Source: Patescibacteria group bacterium (lineage in GTDB: Bacteria > Patescibacteriota > Patescibacteriia > 2-12-FULL-60-25). From it: a DNA stretch of 64,000 nucleotides. Shown here in pieces: positions 33,363-42,471 of the stretch. Position 1 is the stretch's first letter, and each line of letters begins with the position of its first letter. The stretch is from NCBI GenBank assembly GCA_031082005.1, contig JAVHLR010000001.1, positions 127,251 to 191,250 on the forward strand. Reading direction: 5' to 3'. The notes below the pieces were generated by a model. The model saw only the letters and a program-made list of their open reading frames with translations, searched no databases and had not been told where the DNA came from. Made by a program: the position numbers and the translations under genes.

Positions 33363-34202
33363 ATGCCACGAAGAAGGTATCGCAGACGAGATAGTTTTGA
33401 GCAGTTTATCGCAGAGCCTTTAGCAGCGATAGTAATGCTTTATTTCGTTTATTTATTCCTTCTTTCCAAATCGGATCCGTCTAAATTCTGGCATTTTGCC
33501 TTGATTGGCATTGGTATTGTCTTATCTGTCGTGGCGTTGTTGGCGACGTTCCTTTTGTTTAGAAGGAGCCAGTGGAAAAGATTACTTTCTCGCATTGAGA
33601 CGACAGAAGCTAGAAATGAGATTACTAATTTCATAAATCGTTTCGGTAAGGACAAGAAAAAGAATTCCTGGACATATTACGATTGTAATTTCGATTACAA
33701 CCGCATCAAAGATTTCCGAAGGAACCTTAATGAAAAAGGTCTTAAGATTTCAGAAAAAGAGTTTTATTCAGTCTTGCGATACTATATCGGACGGATCGAA
33801 TACAACATTACTGCGGAAAGCGTCTCGGCTGGCACAAGAAATCTCGATTCACTCGGTGGATTCGAGTTTGAAGATTTGTTAAGAAAGCTTTATGAGGCCA
33901 TGGGTTATACGGTTCAGATGACCGGCAAGACCGGAGACCAAGGTGGGGATCTAATCGCGAACTTACGCGGTAGAAGATTAGTTATTCAGGCTAAGAGATA
34001 CAAGGGTTCAGTTGGTAATGCTGCAGTGCAGCAGGTCGTAGCATCAAAAAAATATTACGACTGCTCCGACGCCGTTGTCGTTACGACGGGCGAGTTCACA
34101 CGAGCGGCAAGGGAACTTGCTAAGGCGAATCAAGTGCAGTTAACGGGAAAGAAAGAGCTACAGCAGCTATTAAGTCGATTTTTGAAGGAGAGCTGGTCAT
34201 AG
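33363..34202 (+). CDS. Membrane-anchored Mrr-like restriction endonuclease domain protein
   Basis: 2 N-terminal TMs; FEFE, GDQGGDL, IQAKRY, VGNAAVQQV, FTRAARELA. Confidence 0.88.
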   Translation: MPRRRYRRRDSFEQFIAEPLAAIVMLYFVYLFLLSKSDPSKFWHFALIGIGIVLSVVALLATFLLFRRSQWKRLLSRIETTEARNEITNFINRFGKDKKKNSWTYYDCNFDYNRIKDFRRNLNEKGLKISEKEFYSVLRYYIGRIEYNITAESVSAGTRNLDSLGGFEFEDLLRKLYEAMGYTVQMTGKTGDQGGDLIANLRGRRLVIQAKRYKGSVGNAAVQQVVASKKYYDCSDAVVVTTGEFTRAARELAKANQVQLTGKKELQQLLSRFLKESWS

Positions 34203-34206
34203 GGGT

Positions 34207-34821
34207 ATGCTCTCCTCCGAAAACCGCAAAGCTCTCTGGCGCCAGAAATGGTGGATTTTGGCTTTTTGCGTCTTCATCTTTATTCTCGTCGACCATTCTG
34301 CTATCCACGATTATTCGGCATGCGCGGAATCTCCATGCTCGTCGCAGACTACGCTGGATATTGCTGGTATGTTTTTTTTGGCTCCGACTGGACTCTATTC
34401 CGCATACGTCATGATGCCGTCAAACTATCAAGATAGATATGCTGACAGCATCTCCTTCCAAGGCGGATTATTATATTTTGCCCAAACCCACGCTGTGGTG
34501 GAAGATGACTTGGACCCATCAATCAAACAGTTCGTCACTCCAGAAGACGAACGTTTCTTCCTCGCTTCGACATTCATCATCCATAAGATACGTGTGCTTT
34601 TCTCATTCCCGTTCTGGATTTTTATCTATTGGTTGCTTTTTATCCGTCTGCGTCAGGCGATCAAACACAAAGCGATCTACTATCCGGTGATCGCCCTGCT
34701 CTCCGTGGCGTTCGTCTTTTTTGGTCTGCTTCTCAAGCTTGATATCGGCGGAGGGACCGACGTCACTTGGAATTACGTATTAGACATTCCGGAAAAAGTA
34801 CCGGATAACTGGCCGGGATAA
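34207..34821 (+). CDS. Hypothetical membrane protein
   Basis: 204 aa with 3-4 hydrophobic segments. Confidence 0.6.
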   Translation: MLSSENRKALWRQKWWILAFCVFIFILVDHSAIHDYSACAESPCSSQTTLDIAGMFFLAPTGLYSAYVMMPSNYQDRYADSISFQGGLLYFAQTHAVVEDDLDPSIKQFVTPEDERFFLASTFIIHKIRVLFSFPFWIFIYWLLFIRLRQAIKHKAIYYPVIALLSVAFVFFGLLLKLDIGGGTDVTWNYVLDIPEKVPDNWPG

Positions 34822-34843
34822 GTGTATATTAAATGATACATCG

Positions 34844-34984
34844 ATGAAATTTAAAGCAATCAAAAACTCAAGAAGAAACAAAAAAAGTGAAAAAATAATC
34901 GACCCGGTCGTCATCCAGATGACTAATAAATTTATCAAGAAGTATCGTTCACTCCTTAATAATCTGAAGTCAGAAAAAGCTTAG
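34844..34984 (+). CDS. Small basic hypothetical protein (46 aa)
   Basis: Manually translated MKFKAIKNSRRNKKSEKIIDPVVIQMTNKFIKKYRSLLNNLKSEKA; stop is 1 nt before the next ATG. Confidence 0.4.
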   Translation: MKFKAIKNSRRNKKSEKIIDPVVIQMTNKFIKKYRSLLNNLKSEKA

Positions 34985-34985
34985 A

Positions 34986-35807
34986 ATGAATATTATGCTC
35001 GGCCATCTCATCTACAACTACCAACACCTCGACGACGTCCGCATACAGCAGGAGATCTCCAAGAATCTCTATGCTAGAGCCTTCGACAAAGTTCATTTAG
35101 TCCATGCCTACAACGGAAAGGCTGAATTTGGCTACAAACCCCATATCGAGGATAAGCTCATCAAAATCAAGAACCGTGGCCACTTCAAAGGCGCGGCTGA
35201 TCTTATCAACGCAGGGCTGAAATACTTCACGACCAAGAAGATCCCTGGACTCAAATATGTTCTGGTCACCGCGGCCGACACCTGGCTTCTTGATGCTGAC
35301 TTCCTAAAGAGCCTCATCGAGCAGATGCAGAGAGAGGGGAAGGTCTTGGCTGCAAGCTCTTGGGGTCGCTCAAAATATCCCGAAAAACCGACCGGCTTTT
35401 CGACTGACTTCTTCATCATCGACATCGAATGGAACCGCACATCAAAACTATTTCCAGTCGACTACGATGGATTCGCCGAAAAGTTTCTCGACGTCTTCGC
35501 TCTCCAATACATCATGCCGACCCTCGAAGGTGCAGTGCAGTTCTCCTTCCAGAAATATTTCTTGACGCATTACGTCGATAATCAGACATGGATCCAACGC
35601 GAGAAAATGTTCCGTCGTATAAGCGAACGCGAACCGGTCCATTCTCCGACAGGAGGGCGCATCTCTGACTGGCCCGAGATCGGACTTTATACTTCGCCCG
35701 AGCCGACGAGTAAACAGAAAGTACTCAAGAAACTTGGCTACGATTTCGGCGTACATAGTCACAAATTAATCACTATCAAAGATCTGGGTTACTACAATAA
35801 AGTCTGA
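34986..35807 (+). CDS. Hypothetical protein, possible GT-A-fold glycosyltransferase
   Basis: NRGHFKGA..LINAG and YVLVTAADTW resemble GT2 landmarks. Confidence 0.55.
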   Translation: MNIMLGHLIYNYQHLDDVRIQQEISKNLYARAFDKVHLVHAYNGKAEFGYKPHIEDKLIKIKNRGHFKGAADLINAGLKYFTTKKIPGLKYVLVTAADTWLLDADFLKSLIEQMQREGKVLAASSWGRSKYPEKPTGFSTDFFIIDIEWNRTSKLFPVDYDGFAEKFLDVFALQYIMPTLEGAVQFSFQKYFLTHYVDNQTWIQREKMFRRISEREPVHSPTGGRISDWPEIGLYTSPEPTSKQKVLKKLGYDFGVHSHKLITIKDLGYYNKV

Positions 35808-35815
35808 CGCAAAAG

Positions 35816-35846
35816 AAAACCGCACCCGACGAGCAGTCGAATGCGG
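35816..35846 (-). repeat. CCGCAC hairpin element, copy 1 (diverged)
   Basis: aaaaccgcacccgacgagcagtcgaatgcgg. Confidence 0.75.
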
Positions 35847-35873
35847 AAATGAGGGCGTGACACGCGAACCGGG

Positions 35874-36293
35874 TCACCAGTCATCGCCGTAGATCCTCTT
35901 CAGGATGGCGTATACCTCGCCCCACCATTGGTGAAGTCCGCGGTCGTAGAGGTACTCGCCATCATCTGGCGACAATATGACATGGCAGCCCGGGGAGTTG
36001 TGCCGGTCAGAGCTGATGCGGATGAATTCCGGCATCATGAGCTCGATGACCTCGTTCGGCACGCCTGGGTCGCTCCAGATGCCGACCATGAGCGTGCCCA
36101 GACATCGACGCTGCGCCGCATCGGCCATGACCTTGAGCAAGCCGCTGGCGTCTTTCGCGTCGATGAAGGGTTGAATCTCTTCTCGTGCGATGGCAGCCGA
36201 ATCGGTCATGCTGTCGTTCAGATCGTAGTCCTCATCCTCGGCTGCAATCGCGTCGAACTTAGCCATCATCTCCTCGAATTCAACGTTTTCCAT
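35874..36293 (-). CDS. Hypothetical protein (orphan)
   Basis: ATG 36293 with GGAG SD; MENVEFEEMMAKF... Confidence 0.6.
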   Translation of the reverse strand: MENVEFEEMMAKFDAIAAEDEDYDLNDSMTDSAAIAREEIQPFIDAKDASGLLKVMADAAQRRCLGTLMVGIWSDPGVPNEVIELMMPEFIRISSDRHNSPGCHVILSPDDGEYLYDRGLHQWWGEVYAILKRIYGDDW

Positions 36294-36438
36294 TTTTGAG
36301 CTCCTTGAGTATCTCGTTGACCTTGTCCAAAGCTTCGCGCAATTTGCGAAGCTCATCAGCTTGGGGACTTTTGTCCAGAGCCGTGATTTCTTTCTCGGTG
36401 TAATGCCGAGGGATCGCGGCAATCGAATGCTCGTTCAT
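36280..36438 (-). CDS. Small hypothetical protein
   Basis: AAGGA SD; overlaps the start of the next gene. Confidence 0.45.
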   Translation of the reverse strand: MNEHSIAAIPRHYTEKEITALDKSPQADELRKLREALDKVNEILKELKNGKR

Positions 36439-36534
36439 CCTATTTCCTTTTTGAATGTACATTTATGTTTCCGTCCGAATAGACGACTTTCGTCATCGTC
36501 TCGGATGGGAAGCCGCTTCAGACGAAGCAGCTTG

Positions 36535-37038
36535 TTAGTGTTTGGCGAGTGCCTGACACACCCGCCGATACTCGCGCACCGTGACGCCATTCAGGTCATC
36601 CACCAGCGCGAGTCGGTTAAGATCGTCCAGGACCGACTCGTCGTATCGGGCGACTCGATAACCAGTCCTGTTATTGAGTCCCTCGGCCAACTGGAGACGA
36701 AGCCGTGATTTACGCTCCGCCAGTTTTTGGCGAAGACTCGCTTTTCGTGATGCGACCGCCTTGATCAGAGCTGTCTTCGCAAGATAAATCACGAAGATCA
36801 GAACGCCGATCGGTAGCCCTACTGGCCACAATAGCGTGCCTATCACTACAAGCGGAAAGTAGTCCCAGTCGCATGGATGAGCCCACCGATCTAAACACGC
36901 CATGAGCGCGTACGCGACGGACAGGTACACCACGATAGTACTTACCGTCACAAGGGCAGGAACCATTTTTCTCCTCTTAACCGGATTTCCCTCCGGCTGG
37001 GTTTGTTTGGAAGGTTCGATACTTTCTGAAACCAGCAT
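36535..37038 (-). CDS. Hypothetical membrane protein (orphan)
   Basis: Two TMs with LLWPVG, basic C-terminal tail. Confidence 0.6.
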   Translation of the reverse strand: MLVSESIEPSKQTQPEGNPVKRRKMVPALVTVSTIVVYLSVAYALMACLDRWAHPCDWDYFPLVVIGTLLWPVGLPIGVLIFVIYLAKTALIKAVASRKASLRQKLAERKSRLRLQLAEGLNNRTGYRVARYDESVLDDLNRLALVDDLNGVTVREYRRVCQALAKH

Positions 37039-37108
37039 AACCTAAATTGACAAAAGTGTTATTTGGTACTATGATTTTAGCAAAAGATTACCTATTTTTT
37101 AGCTTAAA

Positions 37109-37912
37109 ATGAATAAAAAAATGTCGAAACAAAATCCACAACAATTGCTAGAAACAGCGTTAGAAGACATTGGTTTATCCGAAAAAGAGCAAAAAGTTTA
37201 TTTGGAATTGCTTAAAATTGGAACCGGAAAAGCTGGTATTTTAGCCAAAAAAACCGAATTGAACCGGACATCGGTCTACGATATTCTCGAATCATTAAGC
37301 CGCAAGGGGATCATCTCTAGTTATCGCAAAGGCTCTCAAACCTTCTTCAGTGCCACGGATCCACGCCGGCTTCTCTCATATCTTGAGCAGGAGAAAGCAG
37401 ATAGAGTAGCTCGTATTGAGGCGAACAAACTCCGGCTCGAAGCACTACTGCCGCAGTTCATCTCTTTGCAGGACATCTCGTCTAACCGACCCAAGGTCCA
37501 ATTCTTCGAGGGCGAAAAGGGAATGTCGGAAGCGTACGAAGACACTTTGGAATCGCGCGGCCCAATCTTTGCCTACGCCAACGTCGCAACTATGCACGAA
37601 GGTTTGCCCAACTTTTTTCCGCAATATTACAAACGGCGTGCGGCCAAGAAAATTTTCATCCGCGCAATTTGCCCGCAAAATGAAATGACTCTTGAACGCC
37701 ACAAATATGACCAGGAGGAAATGCGAGAAATTCGGTTTCTCCCGAATGCTGAAATTACTTTCTCGCCCGAGGTAAATATCTACAATAATAAGATGCTAAT
37801 TGCTTCTTGGAACGAGAAGATGGCTATCATTATAGAATCCAAAGAACTTTCAGATCTGCAGAAGTTGACCTTCGAGCTTGTCTGGCAATCGCTGCCTCGC
37901 ACAAATCCATAA
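37109..37912 (+). CDS. TrmB-family transcriptional regulator
   Basis: IGLSEKEQKVYLELL, RTSVYDILESL HTH, PKVQFFEGEKG; promoter TTGACA-17-TATGAT. Confidence 0.9.
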   Translation: MNKKMSKQNPQQLLETALEDIGLSEKEQKVYLELLKIGTGKAGILAKKTELNRTSVYDILESLSRKGIISSYRKGSQTFFSATDPRRLLSYLEQEKADRVARIEANKLRLEALLPQFISLQDISSNRPKVQFFEGEKGMSEAYEDTLESRGPIFAYANVATMHEGLPNFFPQYYKRRAAKKIFIRAICPQNEMTLERHKYDQEEMREIRFLPNAEITFSPEVNIYNNKMLIASWNEKMAIIIESKELSDLQKLTFELVWQSLPRTNP

Positions 37913-37925
37913 TTTTCCAAATCAT

Positions 37926-37980
37926 AAAACCGCACCCGACCGAGGAGCCGTGTGCGGCTTTGGTCAGAGTGCGGTTGAGG
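37926..37980 (-). repeat. CCGCAC hairpin element, copy 2
   Basis: aaaaccgcacccgaccgaggagccgtgtgcggctttggtcagagtgcggttgagg. Confidence 0.85.
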
Positions 37981-37981
37981 T

Positions 37982-38797
37982 CTATTCGACCTTGGTGATG
38001 AGGCTTGGGATGAAGTCGATACCCAACTCCCTTTTGGCGTTCAAGAGTACGCTGACCCAAAGGTCGTATGGGATGATCCTGGTCAGGAAGGTGAGTCGGT
38101 TGCGCGTACACGGACGGCGCTTGCTGGCCCACGCAAGCCAGTCCTTGCTCTCAAGCGCATCCGCATCGACCAACCTCACGTTATTTGGCCCTTCGGTCAG
38201 GAACGAGAACTCCGGATAGAGATCGGCATAACTTCTGAAATAACGCGCATAGAAGACCGGTGCGATCGGCACCTCTCCGTACCCCGTCGTCACTGTATGA
38301 GCGAAGGCGAGGTTACCGGAGGCGAGTTCGTGCAGTGCCTCGCACATCCCATCGAATTTGTCGGCGAACTGCATGAGGCGACATTCTAAGCTTTTCCTCT
38401 CGTATACGTCGAGCAGAAGCGCGCGATAGCTGTACCCGCCGAGCGTCTTGGGGAAACGTTCCGCTAACTCATCTATCGCAGCAAGCTCGTCTCGTTTCAG
38501 CTCGGCGAGTTGTTGGGGCGTCATGTTGGCCTTGTCTCCGGCCTGTGGGTCGCCAGTGATGATCTCATGGTCGTCATGCACCAGCGCCAGTGCTTCGGCG
38601 AAGGTCGCATCCAATTCGATCGATTGATCCTTGGCGCTTCGCAGCAGGAATCGCGTGATCGTATACACGCGTAAAGCGTGTACAGCATCATTCGACCGAT
38701 AGAACATCGGATTGAAGATGTGGAATCGTGTGACCCTCTGGAGCGCTTCTTCACGCCCCGGAAACCGTGCTAGTTCGTCGAGTAAAGAGCTTCGCAT
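37982..38797 (-). CDS. HD-domain hydrolase (YfbR-like)
   Basis: LQRVTRF, HALRV, LVHDDHEIITGD, ADKFD; leaderless start TTGACC-17-CAAGAT-6-ATG. Confidence 0.82.
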   Translation of the reverse strand: MRSSLLDELARFPGREEALQRVTRFHIFNPMFYRSNDAVHALRVYTITRFLLRSAKDQSIELDATFAEALALVHDDHEIITGDPQAGDKANMTPQQLAELKRDELAAIDELAERFPKTLGGYSYRALLLDVYERKSLECRLMQFADKFDGMCEALHELASGNLAFAHTVTTGYGEVPIAPVFYARYFRSYADLYPEFSFLTEGPNNVRLVDADALESKDWLAWASKRRPCTRNRLTFLTRIIPYDLWVSVLLNAKRELGIDFIPSLITKVE

Positions 38798-38840
38798 GGC
38801 GTCATCTTGGGTCAATCCAGCCAAAAGGTCAATATAATCG

Positions 38841-38875
38841 AAAACCGCACCCGACCGAGAGGCCGTGTGCGGCTT
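38841..38875 (-). repeat. CCGCAC hairpin element, copy 3
   Basis: aaaaccgcacccgaccgagaggccgtgtgcggctt. Confidence 0.85.
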
Positions 38876-38897
38876 GCTATGAGTGGAGAAGTCGAAG

Positions 38898-39707
38898 TCA
38901 GGACTTGGGGCGTCTGCAAGCAGTGCAGATTACAGCCCTAGGCCCCTTAGATCCGTCTCCAGTGAACTTGGTACCGCAATGGATGCAGTAGCGCTCAGTC
39001 TGCAGAAGAATTTCCTGACAGTCGAAGCAACGATGCCTCTTCAGCACCCTGGGATGCTTCTGCGCTCCGCATATGGAGCAGAAGTGCGGCTCTGCTTGAA
39101 GATGCTTGAGAGGCACGTGTCTTGCAGAGGCGGCAGCGAACTGCTGCAGGAGCTCACCGACGGCCAACAGAAGCCAGAAGGTACCGTGCTCATTTCGGAA
39201 GACTTGGGTCGAGTCCAACCTGGATTCGGCAAAGGCGATGAACTTGAGCATTTTACTTTTATGCTCTGACCATCTCTTGCCATCAGGTAGGGGCACAGCA
39301 CAGAACGGATGTGCGTGGGTTGTTGGTGGGGCGTAGACAAGGATGAGGTTGCTTCCGCGTAACATAATGAGCCTCTGGGTCTCGACCTCCATCGTATGGA
39401 CGTTCAGATGGTCTCCGCCGTTGTGGCCTAGGAAAACGTATCTCCCAACACCACATTGACTGACGATGCAACCAGGACGCACACCGTTCTCGCGGATCAT
39501 TCGTATTTCTCTAAGCCTGTGGTGGCTTGTGCCGGAAACCCCAGCTTCAGCGACTTCACAAGGCAGGTCTGGATTCCTTTCGCACTTCCTTGCCGCGATT
39601 GCATCTTCGAGCAGTGTGGAGAGACCTTGCTTGGTCACTCCATCCAGCACGTCCAGACCGAGGATTGCTGCATAGTTTAACTGCGCTTGTGTTGGTTTCA
39701 TTTTCAC
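38898..39707 (-). CDS. Hypothetical protein with C-terminal multi-CxxC Zn ribbon (orphan)
   Basis: PTQAQLNYA..LG N-terminus; CSIC, CFDC, CIHC, CTAC. Confidence 0.65.
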   Translation of the reverse strand: MKMKPTQAQLNYAAILGLDVLDGVTKQGLSTLLEDAIAARKCERNPDLPCEVAEAGVSGTSHHRLREIRMIRENGVRPGCIVSQCGVGRYVFLGHNGGDHLNVHTMEVETQRLIMLRGSNLILVYAPPTTHAHPFCAVPLPDGKRWSEHKSKMLKFIAFAESRLDSTQVFRNEHGTFWLLLAVGELLQQFAAASARHVPLKHLQAEPHFCSICGAQKHPRVLKRHRCFDCQEILLQTERYCIHCGTKFTGDGSKGPRAVICTACRRPKS

Positions 39708-39796
39708 CTTTTCGCATGAGAATGAACAATCTGTTGTGGAGAAAGCTAAGCAGAATTATTAAGTAATGTCAATTGATTCTACCCACGAAGCAATCG

Positions 39797-39850
39797 AAAA
39801 CCGCACCCGACCGAGGAGCCGTGTGCGGCTTGGTTGGAGTGCGGTTGGGG
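39797..39850 (-). repeat. CCGCAC hairpin element, copy 4
   Basis: aaaaccgcacccgaccgaggagccgtgtgcggcttggttggagtgcggttgggg. Confidence 0.85.
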
Positions 39851-39855
39851 CGGTT

Positions 39856-40116
39856 TCAGGCGGACTGGGCGAGGTACGGCTTGAGGCTGCGGCGCAGTGC
39901 GGATTCCGTGTAGACCTCTTGCGGCCGTCCGGGTAGCTCGACGACGAACACTTCTTCATCGCCGGCATCCTCGAAAGTCGCGCCTTCATCGCGTGCGATC
40001 TCGATGACATCGTCGACCATCTCTACTGTCATGTCGCATGCATCATCGAAGCGGATGCAGGACACGGCTCCGTAGCTGAAGTATTGGGCATTTGAATTTA
40101 CGAGCTTGTATCCCAT
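39856..40116 (-). CDS. Small hypothetical protein (orphan)
   Basis: GGAGG SD, 86 aa. Confidence 0.55.
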   Translation of the reverse strand: MGYKLVNSNAQYFSYGAVSCIRFDDACDMTVEMVDDVIEIARDEGATFEDAGDEEVFVVELPGRPQEVYTESALRRSLKPYLAQSA

Positions 40117-40138
40117 CTTTCATCCTCCCTGGTTCGTT

Positions 40139-40468
40139 TCAGCGCGGATATCCGTAGTTGTACTGCGGTGTCGTCGTTGGTGGTCTGCAGATCCAGGTGC
40201 TCGTCGCGTTGTCGTACACCGGCTGGACTTCTATGCCATTGCAGATGCATCTGACGGAGCTCGAGAACATTGTCTGCACGGCTTGCACCGAGCAACTGTA
40301 TGCGTACACCGACTGACCTTGGCCGCCAGCAAAACTCGTATTGCCGCTTTGCGCGTATGCCGAGCCACCCGGTCCAGAGACAGCAGTTGCATCACCGCCG
40401 CGCACAGACATCTGCTGACGACAGCCCGCCGCGACCAACGCGATACACACGATGAGAACCTTATTCAT
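40139..40468 (-). CDS. Small lipoprotein (orphan)
   Basis: MNKVLIVCIALVAAG-C lipobox; Gly-rich GGxAxA repeats; four further Cys. Confidence 0.65.
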   Translation of the reverse strand: MNKVLIVCIALVAAGCRQQMSVRGGDATAVSGPGGSAYAQSGNTSFAGGQGQSVYAYSCSVQAVQTMFSSSVRCICNGIEVQPVYDNATSTWICRPPTTTPQYNYGYPR

Positions 40469-40655
40469 GGTCTAATTCCCCGCTGTTTTTAGTGAACGAG
40501 CTGCCGCCATTCAAGCAGTTTTGGTCAAAAAAGTCAATAGTCGTTGGTCAACATACAGGTATCATTTCCAAGAATATTTAAACAAGAAAACGATCGTGTT
40601 CTAAAAATTTTACTCGATTTGCGTTTAGCGCTATGACATGATAGCTATATGATAT

Positions 40656-40994
40656 ATGGGATCGAACGATAAGCAGGAAATCTTGGAGGCCATAAGTCTT
40701 CTAGCTCAACACATCCAGACGGTCGCGGATGATGTTCATATACTGAAAGGCGATGTTCAGACTATGAAAGGTGACATCCTTACTATGAAAGGTGATATCC
40801 GGACCATGAAGTCTTCTATGGTTACTAAGAGCTACCTTGATGACAAGTTGGCTGATTTGCGCGGAGATTTAGTTGCGTTGGCACGAAAATCAAACACCAA
40901 GTTCGCTGTTTTAGTTGAAGAGCTTGTCCTCAAAGGAACGATTAAACGTGAAGTTGCTGACAAGATCCTAGCCCTTGAGCCGTTTCCCGCGTAG
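40656..40994 (+). CDS. Small coiled-coil protein with 21-nt tandem repeats
   Basis: DVHILKG DVQTMKG DILTMKG DIRTMKS; MVTKSYLDDKLADLRGDL. Confidence 0.75.
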   Translation: MGSNDKQEILEAISLLAQHIQTVADDVHILKGDVQTMKGDILTMKGDIRTMKSSMVTKSYLDDKLADLRGDLVALARKSNTKFAVLVEELVLKGTIKREVADKILALEPFPA

Positions 40995-41083
40995 TCGTGA
41001 TTTTTGACGAGAAACAAAAAAAGAAGGGCGGCTAGTCGAGAGACTACCGCCCACGAGTATTTTGTCTGCGACTATGCGTCGCT

Positions 41084-41764
41084 TCAGTTCGTATTGCCAC
41101 CCTTCGGCGGCTTCACGAGTTGGATACGTGGCTGGATGCTTGTTTCGTCGACCACGCCGTCCTTCATGATGAGGGTGTTCCCGCACTTCTTGCAGGTGGT
41201 ACGGATGGTCTTCCCGCGCACCTTACCTGCTTTGATTGCGTATTCTGTTGCGCAAATTGGGCATTGGAAGCGGATAAACTCCGCGTTTTGCTCTGCGAGC
41301 TCGTCAGACAAGCCCAACGAATCGTGTATCACCTGATCTAGAACCGCTTCCGTCTCCTGCCAGCTCTCCATGAGCTCGGCCGTTCCGGCCCGCAACATGT
41401 AGTAGAGCCGATAGACATCCTCGAGCTTGGGGCCATGGATACGCATCTTGCGCCAGCCCTGTTTGTCGCGGTTGTGGTCCACGACGGCTTCGGCTGTCTG
41501 GAAGATGTAGCGTCCCAGCATCTTGGTCGGGCTGTCCGGCGGCAGATGTGCGTGCCAGCTGAAGGCGTCCACGAGGGCTCGGAGTCCAAAGGGGACCAGA
41601 GAAGACATCGGCCCAGTGTCGTTGCGCACCTCGTAGTACGGCCTTCCGTCAGGATCCAGATAGACTTTGCAACCGTTCAGGTTTCCGACTCCTCGGACCC
41701 GTGCTACCTGATCCTTGACCAATTGGGTGTACGCCTCTTCGTTCAACAGAATGTGCAATGCCAT
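41084..41764 (-). CDS. Hypothetical protein with C-terminal MJ0042-type zinc ribbon
   Basis: FQCPICATEYAIKAGKVRGKTIRTTCKKCGNTL. Confidence 0.7.
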   Translation of the reverse strand: MALHILLNEEAYTQLVKDQVARVRGVGNLNGCKVYLDPDGRPYYEVRNDTGPMSSLVPFGLRALVDAFSWHAHLPPDSPTKMLGRYIFQTAEAVVDHNRDKQGWRKMRIHGPKLEDVYRLYYMLRAGTAELMESWQETEAVLDQVIHDSLGLSDELAEQNAEFIRFQCPICATEYAIKAGKVRGKTIRTTCKKCGNTLIMKDGVVDETSIQPRIQLVKPPKGGNTN

Positions 41765-41939
41765 GTGGCATCATCCTTCCTGCTGCCGCATGCGTCGGGA
41801 TCCCCTTGGGGAAAAGTCCGTACGTTTACGGTCAGCGGTCGCGCTCCGGATGATTCCGGAGGATGGATATAGTGAATCAAGCTTTGAGTGTTCAGTCAAA
41901 CAGGCTGAATATAGAGGTACTTTGTGTTATAATCCAACC

Positions 41940-42119
41940 ATGCCGCAGCGGAGGAAGAAGCGGATTAGCCGCCTGAAGCAACTCGAACTTGAAAAATCTC
42001 CTGTCGAGACTGACTTGAGATATTGGCTGCACCATATTTTTCACTGGCATCTTTTGCTGCTCGTGACTTGCGCCATATTGTTCATGGGTTATTCGACGCA
42101 ATTTGATTATCACTATTAG
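41940..42119 (+). CDS. Small membrane protein, leaderless
   Basis: TGnTATAAT-6 nt-ATG; basic N-terminus and one C-terminal TM. Confidence 0.55.
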   Translation: MPQRRKKRISRLKQLELEKSPVETDLRYWLHHIFHWHLLLLVTCAILFMGYSTQFDYHY

Positions 42120-42471
42120 TGTTCAATACCTATCCACAGCTTATCAATATGTGTGTCGAGCTGAAAAAGCTCGATTTTGTATCTAAAAATAGATGTATTT
42201 CAGTTAATCCTTGTTTGACTATAAAATAGTATTACAACATCGATCGTCGCTCTTTACCCACCCACTTCAAAACCATTTACGATCGGTGAAAAGAAAACAA
42301 AAACAAAAAAACAGACCGTTCACTCCCTGCCCTAGTAAACCTGTTCGTTACTAGGGCAGGGGGATGAGCGAGTGTGTTTTGCCCGAAGGCCTGATGTGGC
42401 TATTAGCGGGCTATTTTTCGTGTGTCACCGATCCAATAGAGCGAGCGTGCTGTATAATGCACTTTGATGCT

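Noticed and set aside
35816..39850. CCGCAC repeats as a CRISPR array or a canonical integron
   Set aside because: Spacing is 0.9-2.1 kb, there are no cas or intI genes, the attC core consensus is not met and a TrmB gene lies inside in the opposite orientation; kept only as a cassette-like finding
40730..40815. 21-nt tandem repeats as a regulatory or CRISPR-like repeat
   Set aside because: In-frame heptad coiled-coil repeats within a small CDS
42120..42310. Possible replication origin (ctatccaca and ttatcaata near an AT-rich tract)
   Set aside because: Only two imperfect DnaA-box-like sites and no dnaA/dnaN nearby
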